From: the human T2T-CHM13v2.0 reference genome, Homo sapiens
DNA length: 64,000 bases
Reading direction: 5' to 3' (one strand)
Assembly (NCBI RefSeq): GCF_009914755.1
Contig: NC_060928.1
In this document: one piece after another, positions 30,699 through 50,113 of the stretch
How the letters are laid out: every line of letters begins with the position of its first letter
Position numbering within the stretch: the stretch's first letter is position 1
Program-made: the position numbers and the translations under genes
The notes under the pieces: model-generated
What the model was told of the DNA's origin: nothing
Databases searched by the model: none
Seen by the model: only the letters and a program-made list of their open reading frames with translations

Positions 30699-31835
<1,137 letters not shown>

Positions 31836-32302
31836 TTGCTGAGACCAAGGTCATAATCTTACTGTATCTTCTTTTAGAGATTATATAGGTATAATTCTGA
31901 CATTTAAATATTTAACTCATTCAAGACAGTTTTTTTTATATGGTTCAGAGGAAGGACCCAATCTCAGTTTTTCCCATGTGGATACAGAGTTTTCCAATAC
32001 CATTTATTGAAGAGACTGTGTTTTTCTTGTTGTGCGGTCATAGCAACCTTGTTGAAGATCATTTGAGCATATATACAAACATGGTTTGGTTTTAAGTTCT
32101 GGGTTCTGTTCCATCACTAGTTGTCTTCTTTCAAGTACCACAGTGTTTTTATTTATGTAGCTTTGTAATCTGTTCTAAACAAAGGAAGCGTTGTGCCTCT
32201 TTGTTCTTGTTTCCTAAGAATGTTCGGGCTATCAGTGGTCCTTTGATATTCCATGTAAATGTAAGAATTTTAAAAAAGATTTCTTTAAAAAGTATCATTT
32301 GG

Positions 32303-32594
32303 CACTGGGCGCAGTGACTCTCGCCTGTAATCCCAGCAGTTTGGGAGGCCGAGGCAGGTGGATCACAAGGTGAGGAGTTCAAGACCAGCCTGGCCAAATG
32401 GTGAAACCCTGTCTCTACTAAAAATACAAAATTAGCCGAGTGTGGTGGTGGGCGCCTGTAATCCCAGCTACTTTGGAGGCTGAGGCACAGGGAATTTCTT
32501 GAACCCAGGAGGTGGAGGTTGCAGTGAGCTGAGATTGCGCCACTGCCCTTTAGCCTGGGCGACAGAGCAAGACTTCATCTTAAAAAAAAAAAAA
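32303..32594 (+). mobile_element. Alu inside L1 fragment
   Basis: Alu; TSD-like aagtatcattt. Confidence 0.92.
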
Positions 32595-32951
32595 GTATCA
32601 AGTATCATTTGGATTTTTACCAGGATTACAATGAATTTGAATATCACTGTGGGTAGTATTGTTATTTAAAAATATTAAATCTTCTGACACAATGAATAGT
32701 ATGTTGAAGAGTCTGTTAAGTCTCACAAATTTTTGGATTTGGCAATTTTGCTTCTGCTGTTGCTGTCTAGTTTTATTTCATGTGGTATGAAAGGATGCAT
32801 TGTGTAATTCAATATTTAATGTGTACCAGGCTTAATACCTTGATGACAAAATAATCTGTACAAAAAACCCTCATTGACACAAGTTTACCTATATAACAAT
32901 CCTGCACATATACCCAGATCTTAAAATAAAGTTTTAAAAAATAAGAGTTAT

Positions 32952-33069
32952 CGGGCGCTTGTAGTCCCAGCTACTAGGGAGGCTGAGGCAGGAGAATGGC
33001 GTGAACCTGGGAGGTGAAGCTTGTAGTGAGCCGAGATCGGCCACTGCACTCCAGCTTGGGCGACAGAGC
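32952..33069 (+). mobile_element. Alu right-arm fragment followed by 20-bp tandem duplication
   Basis: Partial Alu, then (tattttgtgttctaacaggt)x2. Confidence 0.8.
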
Positions 33070-34137
33070 TATTTTGTGTTCTAACAGGTTATTTTGTGTT
33101 CTAACAGGTTGTCTGTGAAACAACAACTACTCATTTTCTTCTCCACTTAGCCCCTGACACAGTTTAGTTTACTTTCTGTTTCTAGGAGTTTAATTACTTT
33201 AGGTATCTTGCATAAGTGGAATTATATGGTATTTGTCTTTTTGTGCCTGGCTTCTTGCACATAAACAAAGTCTTTAAAATGTATCCTTATTGGGGATATA
33301 ACAAAATTTTCTGCTCTTAAGAAGTTAATAATATTTAGTTATTTATACATTCCAAATTATCTTTATTCATTTATTAATAAAACTTGGTTCTTTCCACATA
33401 CTTGCTTTTGTAGATGATGCTACAATGAATATGGATGTGTAAATTACTCTTCATTTGATAATATATGCAAGGGATTATTTATGTGCTCTATTCTGTTTCA
33501 CTGGTATTGTCTTTTTTTGATCCAGTTATAAAGTATTTGAATTACTATAACTTTATAATAGGTTTTTAAAATCAGGATGTATGATGCTTCTGATGTTGTT
33601 CCTCTTTTGACAATTTTTGAGCACTTCTGGCTTCCTTAGTTCTCATATAACTTTAGGATTGCTTCTTATAGTAATGCAAAAATGCATAGCTGCTGTCATC
33701 CAAAGTATACCACCTTTTTCTTCAGCACTCTGTGTCAGGGGAACCCATCTTTGACAGCCCCCTAAAAACCAAAAATGTGGACACATATTCTACATTTCTC
33801 TTTCTCTCCTGAGGAAGAAGCATAGAGTTGGGAGTTTCTCCTTGTTTTCACCATACTGTATTGGGAGGAGGTAAGGATGTACTGAGCATGTGTAATAACA
33901 TTTTTCTTCTCTTCTACATGTTTTTGGCATTTTGCTAAAGTGAAGTAGTACATATTCTTAACTATGTTTTGGAATTCCCACAAAGGCGATGTAATCAATA
34001 TGGTGCTAAGATCATTTATCTATGAAGAAATGAGGATCAGTGGTTTTTGTTCTTGCAGTTTAAATTGATATCTTTATTACTTTAATTTTTAATTTTTGTG
34101 AATGCACAGTAGCTATATATCTATGGGTTACATGAGA

Positions 34138-34424
34138 TTTTTTTTTTTTTTTTGAGATGGACTCCTGCTCTGTCGTCCAGGCTGGAGTGCAGTGGCGCCA
34201 TCTCGGCTCACTGCTAGCTCCGCCTCCCAGGTTCACCCCATTCTCCTACCTCAGCCTCTCTGAGTAGCTGGTACTACAGGCGCCCGCCACCACACCTGGC
34301 TAATTTTTTTGTATTTTTAGTAGAGACGGGGTTTCACTGTGGTCTTGATCGCCCGACCTTGTGATCCACCCGCCTCGGCCTCCCAAAGTGCTGGGATTAC
34401 AAACGTGAGCCACTGTGCCCGGCC
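34138..34424 (-). mobile_element. Alu (Y-type)
   Basis: Reverse Alu; TSD acatgagattt. Confidence 0.93.
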
Positions 34425-34800
34425 AACATGAGATTTCTAATGTAGGCAAGAAATGTATAAAAATCACATCAAGGTATAGGTATTCACTATCTCAAGTATT
34501 TGTCCTTTGTTTTACAAACAATCTGATTTCATTCTTTTAGTTATTTAAAAATGTATAGTTAATTTGCTTTTGACTATAGTCACTCTGTTATATGAGCAAC
34601 TACTAAATCTTACTCTAATTTTTTTGAAACCATTAACTTTCCTCACTTCCTCCCAGACCTGTAGTATACTCTCCAGCCTCTGGTAACAATCCTCCTTCTA
34701 GTTTCATGAAATTAATTTAATTTTTAGCTCCAGCAAATGTGTGAGAACATGCAAAGTTTACTTTATATGCCTGGATTATATCTGTAAACATAACGACCTC

Positions 34801-35076
34801 GGCCGGGAGCGGTGGCTCACGCCTATAATCCCAGCACTTTGGGAGGCCGGGGCGGGCGGATCACGAGGTCAGGAGATCCAGACCATCCTGGCTAACATGG
34901 TGAAGCCCCGTCTCTACTAAAAATACAAAAAATTAGCCCGGCGTGGTGGTGGGCACCTGTAGTCCCAGCTACTTGGGAGGCTGAGGCGGGAGAATGGCGT
35001 GAGCGGAGATCGCGCCACTGCACTCCAGCCTGGGCAACAGAGTGAGACTCTGTCTCAAAAAAAAAAAAAAAAAAAA
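34801..35076 (+). mobile_element. AluY with internal right-arm deletion
   Basis: gaatggcgtga|gcggagatcgc junction; TSD cataa(c/t)gacctc. Confidence 0.93.
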
Positions 35077-37298
35077 GCATAATGACCTCTAGTTCCATAC
35101 TTGTTGTTGCAAATGACAGGATCTTATTCTTTTTTATGATTGAAAAATATTCCATTGTGTATATGTACCACATTTGCTTTATCCATTCATCTGTTGATAG
35201 ACACTTAGGTTGCTTCTAAATCTTGGATAATGTGAACACTGATGCAATAAAAATGGTGGTATAAATATCTCTTTGATGTCCTGATTTCTTTTATGTACCT
35301 ACTTAGGAGTGGGATTGCTGGATAATATAGTAGCTCTATTTTTCATTTTTTGAGGAACCTCTAAACTGTTCTCCATAGTGGTTGTACTAATTTACATTCC
35401 CACCAAGAGAGCACTAGAGTTCACTTTTCCCAACATCCTCATCAGCATTTGTTATTGCCTGACTTGGATTAGAGCCATTGTAATTGGAGTAAGATAATAT
35501 CTCATTGTCATTTTGATTGCATTTCTCTGATAATAAATGATCTTGAGCACCTTGTCATGTGTCTTTTTGTCATTTGTATGCCCTCTTTTCAGAAATGTCT
35601 ATTCAAATTTTTGCCCATTTATAATCAGATTATTCAATTTTATCCTATAGAGCTGTTTGTGCGCACTATGTATTCTCGTTTTTTTTTTTTTTTCTGATGG
35701 GCAGTTTACACATTTTTTCTCATTTTATGTGTTGTCTTTTTGTTAATTGTTTCATTTGCTCTTTAGAAGCACTTTAACTTGATGGGATTCCATTAGTTCA
35801 TTTTTGCTTTGGTTGCCTGTGCTTGTGGGGTATTACTAAAGACATCTTTGCCCAGTTTAATTTCCTGTAGAGTTTCAGCAATGTTTTCTTGTAGGAGTTT
35901 CGTAGTTTGAGATCTTAGATTTGTCTCTAATCCATTTTGATTTAATTTTTTTATATGACAAGAGATGTTGTCTAGTTTCATTCTTCTGAATATGGATATT
36001 CAGTTTTTTTAGCACAATTTATTGAAGACTCCTTTCCCCAGTATATATTCTTGACACCTTTGTCAAAAATAAGTTGGTTGTAGATATGTGGATATGTCTC
36101 TGCATTCTCTCTACTGTTTCACTGATCAGTTTCATGCTGTTTTAATTACTGTAGCTCTGTAGTATCATTTAAAGTCAAATACTATGATTCCTCCAGTTTA
36201 TTTTTCTTACAATGGCTTTCGCTATTCTGATTCTTTTGTGGTTCTGTCTACATTGTAGGATTGTTTTTTCTATTTCTGGGAAGAATGTCATTGATGTTTT
36301 TCTAGAGGTTGTGTTAAGTCTGTAGATTGCTTTGGGTAGTATGGACATTTAAAAAATGTTGATTCATCCTATCCATAAACATAAAATATTATTCAGTTTT
36401 TTGTCTTCTTAAATTTCTTGCATCAGTGTTTTATAGTACTCATTGTAGAGATTTTTCATTTCTTTAATTTCTAGGTATTTAATTTGAATTTGTTGCTATT
36501 GTAAATGGGATTAGTTGATTTCTTTTTCACATTGTTCACTGTTAGCATGTAGAAACACTACTAATTTTTAAATCTTAAATCTTCACTAAATTCATCAATT
36601 CTAATCATGTTTTAGTGAATTTGGTTTTTCCAAATATAAGACCACATCATCTGCAAACAAAGATAATTTGGCTTCTTCCTTTCCAGTTTGGATGGCCTTT
36701 ATTGTTTTCTCTTGTCTCATTGCTCTAGCTAGCACTTCTAGTACTATGTTGAATAATAGTGGTAAAAGTGTGCATCCTTTGTGCCTCTTCTTTTTTCTTC
36801 TTCAGATACAGACACTTTATCAGAACGATTTGGGGTTTAGGTTCCCAACTCTAGAAGGTAATTTGTCCTCAGCCATCCTGTTGTCTTGTCCTGGTCCTAG
36901 GCTTCAGAACTGTCTGGGGAAGATCCCAGATGCCCACGGTAGCCATGTGTCTTCGAGTGCTTAGGGCATAACAGTTACTGAATCATCTCCTCATAGTGGA
37001 CGGCCTCAGGTGTGGGGTGGACCCTCTCGGAAGCAGCTGGGTGACCTGGTGCTCAGAGCACTCTTGTGGTTTACGCTTCATTCAAAAAGCCACATCCTTG
37101 TGGCATTAAGATTTTCTTTCTCCCAGTCCAGTTTCCATTTTTTGGAATCACATTGCTGCTCAGCCAATGGAATGCTGATACTGAGGGGAAAGGCAGAAAT
37201 AATTTCTACCATCTGGATTTTTTCAGAATTGTGAAGGGAGAAGAATATAGTATCCCCAGAGACAAAGTCCATTCTAGCAAGATGGTGCATGGACCTGC

Positions 37299-37338
37299 AC
37301 CCACACACACAAACACACACACACACACACACACACAC
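37299..37338. repeat. (CA)n microsatellite
   Basis: Direct reading. Confidence 0.95.
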
Positions 37339-39438
37339 AAAACACCACTCCAGGCACACATGGGGATGCAGTGCAGAGGCTCTTGGGAGGGTGGTCATTG
37401 AGTACTTCAGTGAGAAGGATAAAGGTGTGAGGATGTACATCACACGACAGACAGCCCAACTTGACACTTGAGTCAGACATATCATTATTCCAGCCAGTAC
37501 TGCCACTCCTTGGGTTTGTCATCTTGAAAAAAATGTTTATTTATTTCAACTTCCATTTTATTAACTGTACAATGCATTTTATTGGTAGAGTTTGAAAGAT
37601 AGGAGAATATTCTCAAAGAGGCATAAATATGTAAACTTAAAAAATGTCTAATGGTATATTTGTTAAAAATTCTTTCGTTTTCCCTTGACACGTGTAATAA
37701 GTTTTTCAGATCTGTATATTTTGGGAGTGGTTTCAAACAGAACCTCAGGGCCTAGTTATGGGAATATTACTGGGTTAAAAAAAGTAGGAAACATTTCTCT
37801 TCCTCTATGGCTGCAGAGAACTGAATGCATTTTTAGAAGAAATTTTGGTAGATAAATTGGTGATTTAGAGATGTGCCAAAATATCAGTTTCTCTTTTCTG
37901 CGTGGTGGGGAATTTGTAGTAATGAATAAGTCTGCTCTGTATGCTGTTATCTGGATGTCTGAATTTAATGTTAAATTTTATGGAATAGGACTTGACATTC
38001 CTGGTTAATGTTCATGTATGATTTCCTATTTGTTGTTATGGAAATAATACCTAAATGATTATTGTCTGAAATTGATATATATTTTGGTTTTTCTTGTTGA
38101 AGTATAAAATGTAAGTGCCTTACAATCTCCTTTCCTCCTATAAACATAAGCAATGAGTTTGAGGAATTTTGCTGGTTTCTTTAAACACCGAGTTCTTTTA
38201 TATAAAACTAAGTGAATAATCTTGACTGGGAATCAGAGACCTAAGACTGTTGACTGCAAGGTAAGGCCAATCTTGACCCTGCCAAAGGAGGTCATCAGTA
38301 GCCCGGTAGTTTCTTCCTGGGAACATTTTCTGCAGGTGTCCCAGCCTGGCTCAAATTAGACATGAAAGGAGCCTTTATACTGAGAAGCTACAGAGCCCTG
38401 GAAAGCTGAGGATCCACAGGCAGATGCAGTGAGAGTTGGGATGGGAGGAGGGTTGTGATGTCCTCTGAGAGGGTGTAATTGTTATTGTCATCGGGCTGTT
38501 TCTAGATATCATCAAATAAAATAAATTCTGATGTAGGTAAGAAGTGACTTTATTTTAAGGAGTATTGCAATGGAAAAAGCACTAAGCACAAGATCTGCAA
38601 GCACCTCCAAAATGAGACAGATAAGGGTGATTTTTCATATGGAGGATCAAACGATTAGAAGGAAGATGGGAGGGAGAAGGCAGAATGGAGAATGAGAATG
38701 GCAAAATCAGATTCAAGATTAGAGAATGTTTCACCCTGAAGTCAGCCTGTTCTTGGGAGGGGCATCAAGAGGGTTGTATGCTGGCTTAGACTGAAGGTGG
38801 AGCATAGTCCAGGGGCCTGGGAGAAGGAGAGAAACTTGAGCAGTTTGGTTAACAAGTATTCTGAACACTGAAGACAAAATTATTAATTATTTATGAGGGA
38901 AAAATGAGAATGTAGAATCTGTGAATTTGTGATACCTAAAGAGGGAGTATCATAAAAGTCATAATGAAAAGGGTATTTCTTTGCAGTAAGCTTTTCTTGC
39001 AGAACACAAAGGATTTGAGAGATGTTAGTCGTAACTACCATGATTCACTGCCCACATCATGTTTTCCCTGCTTTTCTTTGTCCTATGTGTTTTTTCCTCT
39101 TAGCATTTACTGAGTTGTATCCAATATAATAATCTAGTAAACATAGGTAAAGTGTTTTTGCCAAGTTCTGTGAGTAGTTTTATCAAATCCTTTAACTTGA
39201 GGGAGGGAGTTATGGAAGCCTATAATTTATAGACAGTTCCTCAGAAGTATAGATGGGTCCCTGGGGCTTGTGACTGGCATGTGGAATGGAAGCAGTGTTG
39301 TGGGACTCAGCCTTGAGTCAGTGGGGTCTATGCTGACCTGGGTGTTTTCAGAATTGAGTTGTTGGACACCCAGTTTGTGTTGGAGAATGGTTGATGTTCA
39401 GCAAACTCCATATATTTGGTGTTAGAATAAAGATATTA

Positions 39439-39717
<279 letters not shown>

Positions 39718-39720
39718 TTA

Positions 39721-40020
39721 GGCTGGGTATGGTGGCTCACGCCTGTAAACCTAGCACTTTGGGAGGACGAGGAGGGCAGATTGCTTGAGCTCAGGAGTTA
39801 AACACCAGCCTGGGCAACATGGTGAAATCCTATCTCTGCCAAAAATCCAAAAAAACTAGCTGGGGACAGTGGCACACACCTGTATTCCTGGCTACCTGGA
39901 GGGGGTGCTGAGGCAGGAGGATCGCTTGCACCCTGGGTGGCCAATGCTGCCATGAGCCAAGATCACACCACTGCACTCCAACCTATGTGACAAAATGAGA
40001 CCCTTTCTCAGAAAAGTAAA
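39721..40020 (+). mobile_element. Alu (J-type)
   Basis: Diverged Alu dimer. Confidence 0.88.
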
Positions 40021-40702
40021 ATTAAGATATCATAGCAGCCTTGGTTGGAGGGAGACACTGGGTCTGTTGTAGAATGGAGAGGTTTTTTTTCCTTCCTTTT
40101 TTTTTTTTTTTTTTTTTTTTTTTGCAGACAAGCTGTCACACTGTGAATTGTCCTGTGATTCTAGGTCTCCTCCAAGGGTCAAAGGAGACTGAGGACTGCT
40201 TCTAGAGTTTTCCACTAACAGGCCACGTAAGTGTCCCGAAGATTCATGGCTTCTTTCTACCTCCCAGATCTTGAATCTGCACCAGTAACCTCTTTCCTGC
40301 AGTAGCCTAGATTTCTGGATCACCTGACCATCTTATCTCCCTGCACGCACACATTTATAAGTCAGAGCTGTCCTGCCTGGGCCAGTATCTGTAGCACTAA
40401 CCAGTTCTTTCACCAATTGTGCACCAAAGCTCACCCATGGATTCTTGATAGCACCTTTTCTATTCTGCATTTTTCCCCCACAAACCCTCTTTCCTGTGAA
40501 GACAGTATGCCCAAGGTCTCCCTGCAGGTGCCTAAATCCAGGCCATGCTGGAAATCAGATGTCCATGAGTTCGAAGCAGAGTTTTTGGATGTGGTTATTG
40601 TAAATATAAGTGCAAAACAGAAATGAGAGACTTAGTCCTCCAACTGGAAAATAAAGGAAGAGTATTTTCTCTCCTCCCTTTTCTAAAAACCTTTCATTAG
40701 AA

Positions 40703-40999
40703 TTTTTTTTTTTTTTGAGATGGAGTCTCACTCTGTCACCCAGGCTGGAGTGCAATGACGCAGTCTCAGCTCACTGCAACCTCTCAGCCTCCTGGGTTCA
40801 AGCGATTATCCTGCCTCAGCCTCCCAAGTAGCTAGGACTACAGGCCCATGTCACCACACCCGGCTAATTTTTTTGTATTTTTATTAGAGACGGGGTTTCA
40901 CTGTGTTGGCCAGGCTTGTCTCAACTCCTGACCTCGTGATCCCCCCGCCTCGGCCTCCCAAAGTGCTGGGATTACAGGCATAAGCCACTGCACCCAGCC
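40703..40999 (-). mobile_element. Alu
   Basis: Reverse Alu. Confidence 0.93.
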
Positions 41000-41989
41000 T
41001 TAATTTAGAAAATTTTTATATGTAAATTCTTTCTCTGCCTTTTTTCTTTTTTGTTGTATTTTAAGTATCTAATTCATTTCTATTAGAGGTCTAATTTTTA
41101 TTTTATTATACTAACATTGGGATTAGTTATTTTTCAAGTGCTTTGAGGATTAAAGTTTCATTGTTTGAGATCTTTTTTCTTAGTATAAAAATATATTGCT
41201 ATAAAATTCTTAGAACATCTTTTGTTACATTTCAGTTTTGATATGTCCTGTTTCTATTTTCAGTTTTCTCAAGATAGTTTGTGATTTTTTTTCGTCTTTG
41301 ACCCATTGGTTTTTCAGAAGCGTGTTGTTTAATATACACATATTTGTAAGTTTTTTACTTTTCCTTATATTGATTTCTAGTTTTATAAAATTGTGATTTA
41401 AAACTTTGATATGATTTCAGTCTTTTTAAAAATGAAAAGACTTGTTTGTTTTTGTTGTGGGCCAGATTTATGATGTGTCCTGGAGAATGTTCCATGTATG
41501 TTTGAAAAGAATATAAATTATACTGTTGGATGAAATGTTCTACATATGTCTGTTAGGTACAGTTTTATAGTGTTAAGCAAGTACATTGTTTTTTCACTAG
41601 CTTTCTGTCTGAATGATGTATTAAGTAGGGCAGTATATTCCCCTATTATATCTGTTTCTCCACTTTTCTTAATATGTGTTAATATATTTATGGGCTCCAG
41701 TGTTTGGTACATATATATATTTAATTATTTTTTGACAAATTAGACTCATCATTATATAATAAAGTTCTTTTTTTATGACAAATTTTTTTTCTATAAGTCT
41801 ATGTAGTCTGATATAAATATAGCCACTTCTACACTGTTTTAGTTATTATTGGCATGGAATATTCTTTTTCATCCTTGTACCATTAAGCTATGTATGTCCT
41901 TAAATCTAAAATAAGTCTTTTGTGCACAGCATATTGTTGATTTTTTAAATCTATTCAGACATTCTGTGAATGTTTTCATTTATTTTTTG

Positions 41990-42347
41990 CTTCAATAACA
42001 GAATATCCCAGAGTTGGTAATTTATAAAGAATAGAAGTTTACTTAGCTCAGAATCCTGGATGCCAAGAAGTCCAAGAGCATATCATTCCCATCTGATGAG
42101 AATCATACTTCCACATCACAACATGACCAAAGGCTTGAGGATGATGGAAGGTGTACACCAGAGCTCACTTTTATAATAGACCCACTCTCATGATGACTAA
42201 CCCACTGTGGAAATGATGATACTAATCCTTTCATGAGAGTAGAACTCTCATGATCTAATAACTTATTAAGGGCCTCATTTCTTAATTTTCTCACAATGGT
42301 AGTTAAATTTTAACGTGAATTTTGGAGGGGATGCTCACACTATAGCA
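41990..42347. mobile_element. MaLR LTR (MST/MLT1A-type)
   Basis: ggtaatttataaagaatagaagttta..aagtccaagagcat..ttttggagggg..ctatagca. Confidence 0.75.
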
Positions 42348-42392
42348 ATGTTTTTATTGAATAACTAAATATATATTTAAAGGAATTACTGA

Positions 42393-42725
<333 letters not shown>

Positions 42726-42937
42726 TATTACTGCTGTTTTCTGTTTTCTGACCATTTCGTTTCTGTTAATTCTTTCATGCTGTCTTCCCTGGTGTTTTCT
42801 TGAATTTTTGTTTTGTTTTTGTTGTTTTATGCCTTCTTTTTTTGTATTTACCCACTACAATTTTTTTTTGTAATTTCCAAGAAACTTATGTAAAACATCT
42901 CATAGTTATAAAATCAAGCTTCAGATAGCAATTTAAC

Positions 42938-43265
42938 TGTTTGTTTTGTACAGATAGGGTCTTGCGTTGTTACCCAGGCCAGACAGGGTCTTGCTTTGTT
43001 ACCCAGGTTGTAGTGCAGTGGTGCATTCATAGCTCAGTACAGACTCAACTTCCCCAGGCTCAAGCAATCCTCCTATCTCAGCCTCCCAAGTAGCTGGGAC
43101 TACAAGTACATGCTGCCATGTCTGGCTAATTTTTTTACTATTTTTTATGGAGACAGGGTTTTGCCATGTTGCTCAGGCTGGTCTTGAACTCCTGGGCCCA
43201 AGCAATCCACCTGTCTTGGCCTCCCAAAATGCTAGGATTACAGGCATGAGCCATCAGGCCCAGCT
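42938..43265 (-). mobile_element. Alu (J-type) with short duplicated 3' segment
   Basis: agggtcttgc..tgttacccagg occurs twice. Confidence 0.85.
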
Positions 43266-43455
43266 GCTTTTTTTAAAAGAATAAATAGCTTTCTGAGATC
43301 TTTAATTTTAATTATGTACTTATTGAAGAGACAGGGTCCTGCTATATCGACCAGACTGGTTTTGAACTCCTGGCCTCAAGCAAAAGTTAGCTTCTATGTA
43401 TAGAAAAATTAAACAATCTTACTCCCTTCAACATAGTATTTATGTCACACCCTAC

Positions 43456-43749
43456 TTTTTTTTTTTTTTTGAGATGGAGTCTTGCTCTGTCACCCAGGCT
43501 GGAGTGCAGTGGCGAAATCTCGGCTCACTGCTAGCTCTGCTCCCAGGTTCATGGCATTCTCCTGCCTCAGCCTTCCTACTAGCTGGGACTACAGGCGCCT
43601 GCCACTGTAACCAGCTAATTTTTTGTATTTTTAGTAGAGACGGGGGTCACTGTGTTAGCCAGGATGGTCTCGATCTCCTGACCTCATGATCCACCCACCT
43701 CGGCCTCCCAAAGTGCTCAGATTACAGGCGTGAGCCACTGCGCCCAGCC
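43456..43749 (-). mobile_element. Alu (Y/Sc-type)
   Basis: Reverse Alu; TSD-like tcacac(c/g)ctac. Confidence 0.93.
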
Positions 43750-46033
43750 TCACACGCTACATCTTTTTATATCGTATACCCATTAACAATTTATTGAAGC
43801 TATTTTTAGTAATTTTTTCTTATAGTTTTTATACCATAGTTAAAAGTGATTTTTGACCATAATTACAGGTTTATAGCCTTCTAAATTTGACTATGTATAT
43901 ATGACTTTCAGTAATATTTACTTTATTGTTGTAAGTTAGGATTCCATTACAACTCGAAAAATTCTCATTAGCATTTTTTGTAAGTCAGGTCTAGTGATGA
44001 AAAATTTCCTCAACTTTTTTTAAATCTGAGATTTTGATTGATACATCATTTCTAAAGAACAGCTTTGTCAGGTGTATTCTTAGTTGTCAAGGTTTTTTCT
44101 TTTTCTCTCTTCATTTGCACTTTAAATATACGGTTTCACTTCCATGTGGCTTGCATGGTTTTTGCTGGGCAATCTGCTGATAACCTTATAGAAGTTCCCT
44201 TGTATGTGAAGAATCTCTTTTCTCTTCCTTCTTTTAAGGATCTCTCCTTGTCTTTGAATTTTGGCATAATTACAACGTGTTATGGACAATTTTTGTTAGA
44301 TTCTTCTTGCTACAGACATTTTGAGCTTTTCAATTTAATGTCTATATTTCTTCCAAGATTGGTAGAAATTTAAGACATTATATCTTTAAACAATTTTTAA
44401 AATTTTCTCTCTCATGAACCCCCTAAAATACGTACATTCTTACTGTTTACTATGCAGTATGGGACCCAAATGCTTTATTCACTCTTACATTCTTTTTTAA
44501 AATTCTAATCAGAAACTTTCAAATGACTTACTTTTACATCTGCTGTTTTTTTTTTTCCTGTGTAACGAGGTCTCCTGTTAAAGCTTTCTCTTAAATATTT
44601 TAGATCTCCTATTGTGTACTTCAGCTCCAGCATATCTATTTGGTTCTCTTTTAATGGGTTCTCTTTATTATAATTGTGATTTTGTTCATACGTTGTTGCA
44701 AAAGAATTTAGTAATGTGTGGTCTTTTTGCATCCATTGAGATTCTTTAAGAAAATTATTTTGAATTCTTGGCCATTTTTTAGATCTGTGTCTTACTGTAA
44801 GTGGTTACTGGAGCATTTTTAGTTTCCTTTGGTGATGTTATGTTTGCCTGATCCTTCATGATCTGTGATACCTTCTTTTTATGTCCTTGCATCTGAAGGA
44901 GTAAATACGTCTTTCAGTCATTATAGATTAGTTTGTGGAGGTAAATATTTTCTCCTATTGGATCTCTGTGCTGATGAGATTGCAGTAAGGTGCACTGGAT
45001 CTGGATCACAGTGAAGTTCATTCTTGGCAGACCTGTTATTAGGGCATCAGACCATTGTGGATTCTATTTTCTGGGAAGACTGAACTTTCTTCAGGATCTT
45101 GATCAGTAAGACTGGTGCTGAGGAAAAAAAGTCTCTGGTTATACAGGCAGATGACAGAGCTGATAAAATCCATGTGAGCAGGTATGGCTTCTGCTGTGTG
45201 GCTCTTGCTGGGTTTTTGGAAATCCTCTAACCCAGTCATTGGACAGGTTCCTAGATGAGAAGTACTGACCCTTGGTCACAGCTGAGAGGGTGTGGAACTG
45301 ATTCATAGGGCTGCTTCAGGATACACAGCTGAGACCAAAGTCTTCAGGTTTGTTTCTGGCTTCATGGCATTTCTCCCTCCAGATTCCTGGGTGGGCAGGA
45401 CTGCTCCCAGACTTTAGTTGACAGGGACTGGAGGTAGGTTTTGGGACTGGAGCTGGGTTTTAGGACTGCTTCAAGATTCACAGTGGGAATAAAGTCAGCC
45501 AGCATGCCTACAGGGGCACATATAGTGTGTTTTTTGGCAGGTCCCAGGTTAGGAAAAACTGCTTCTGGACTTCAGTTTCATGGACTGGGAGCCAGATTAT
45601 AGTGCCACGTCAAGATCCACCATTAAATAAATATTGGCAAGCCTACATCCAGGGGCACAGATGGACGTTTCTGTCTGTGGGTTCCTGCATGTGCAGGATT
45701 TCTTCCACATCATGATAGATGTGTGCAAGGGGCTAATTCGGAGATCACTGAGAGGAGCAACATCTAAAGTCCTTTCACCTGAGACACAGGACATTATGAA
45801 TCCTCCTTGGTGTCTTGGCAGATGGTGCTAGTGGCATAAACAAAACCAAATGGCCTACAGCTATACTTACAATGAGAATTAATCATATTTTATTTTGTAG
45901 CTGGGACTATGATGGGCAAGCATGCCACTCAAGCAAGCTCATGCCTTCTCAATACAGCCCTCCTCAGTCTTAGGTTTACACCCTTTGACATGGATTCCAA
46001 AGTTCCCATAAAGGTTCTTTTGCCAGGGCATAA

Positions 46034-49372
<3,339 letters not shown>

Positions 49373-49789
49373 TTGCCACATTTTTTTTATAACCGTAGAT
49401 GTGGGTAGAGAACCTCCTATTCTGCCATCTTGCTATGTCATTCCCCTTGTATATTTTACTTTCTGATATGTTCTATGTCAAATGTTTTTTATTTTGAATT
49501 CAAAATGTCTGAAATGCTCAAATTTTCAAATTGTGGAATAAGTAAATGTATTGAAATGCCTCATTCTCATCAGAGCATTTTATTAATTATTGACTTAATT
49601 TTCTTTTGCTGCTGTACCTTGAATGCCAAAGATTCAAAATGCCAGCTCTTCATAAGTACATAGTCACAGTTGAAAACTGTAGTTATTTAAAAGATTGTCT
49701 TTATGATACATATATATTAGATTCAATATTTTATAGGTCAGAATTTTTTATTCTAGTTTTCAACTCCATTTTAGTGGTTTGTTTTTAAT

Positions 49790-50113
49790 CTTTATATTTT
49801 TGTTGGTTTTGTTTTTTTTTTTTAATTTTGAGACAGGGTTTTGCTCTTGTTGCCCAGGCTGGAGAGCAATGGCATGATTTTGGCTCACCACAACCTCTGC
49901 CTCCTGGGGAGGCGATTCTCCTGCCTCAGCCTCCCGAGAAGCTGGGATTACAGGCATGCACCACCACGCCCGGCTAATTTTTTGTATTTTTAGTAGAGAT
50001 GGGGTTTCTCCATATTGGTTATTCTGGGGTCTCGAACTCCTGACCTCAGGTGATCCACCTGCCTTGGCCTCCCAAAGTGCTGGGATTACAGGTATCAGCC
50101 ACTGCACCTGGCC
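49790..50113 (-). mobile_element. Alu
   Basis: Reverse Alu. Confidence 0.92.

Larger units (their letters stand above)
34070..36785 (-). mobile_element. L1 (L1MA-type) 3' portion
   Basis: Reverse ORF2 MWYIYTMEY.., KLLQENIAETLQEIKLGKD..TPQAQATKAK. Confidence 0.85.

Noticed and set aside
37078-37522. 142-aa and 82-aa minus ORFs; faint homeobox-like residues in another frame
   Set aside because: They run through the (CA)n repeat; resemblance too weak and interrupted by stops
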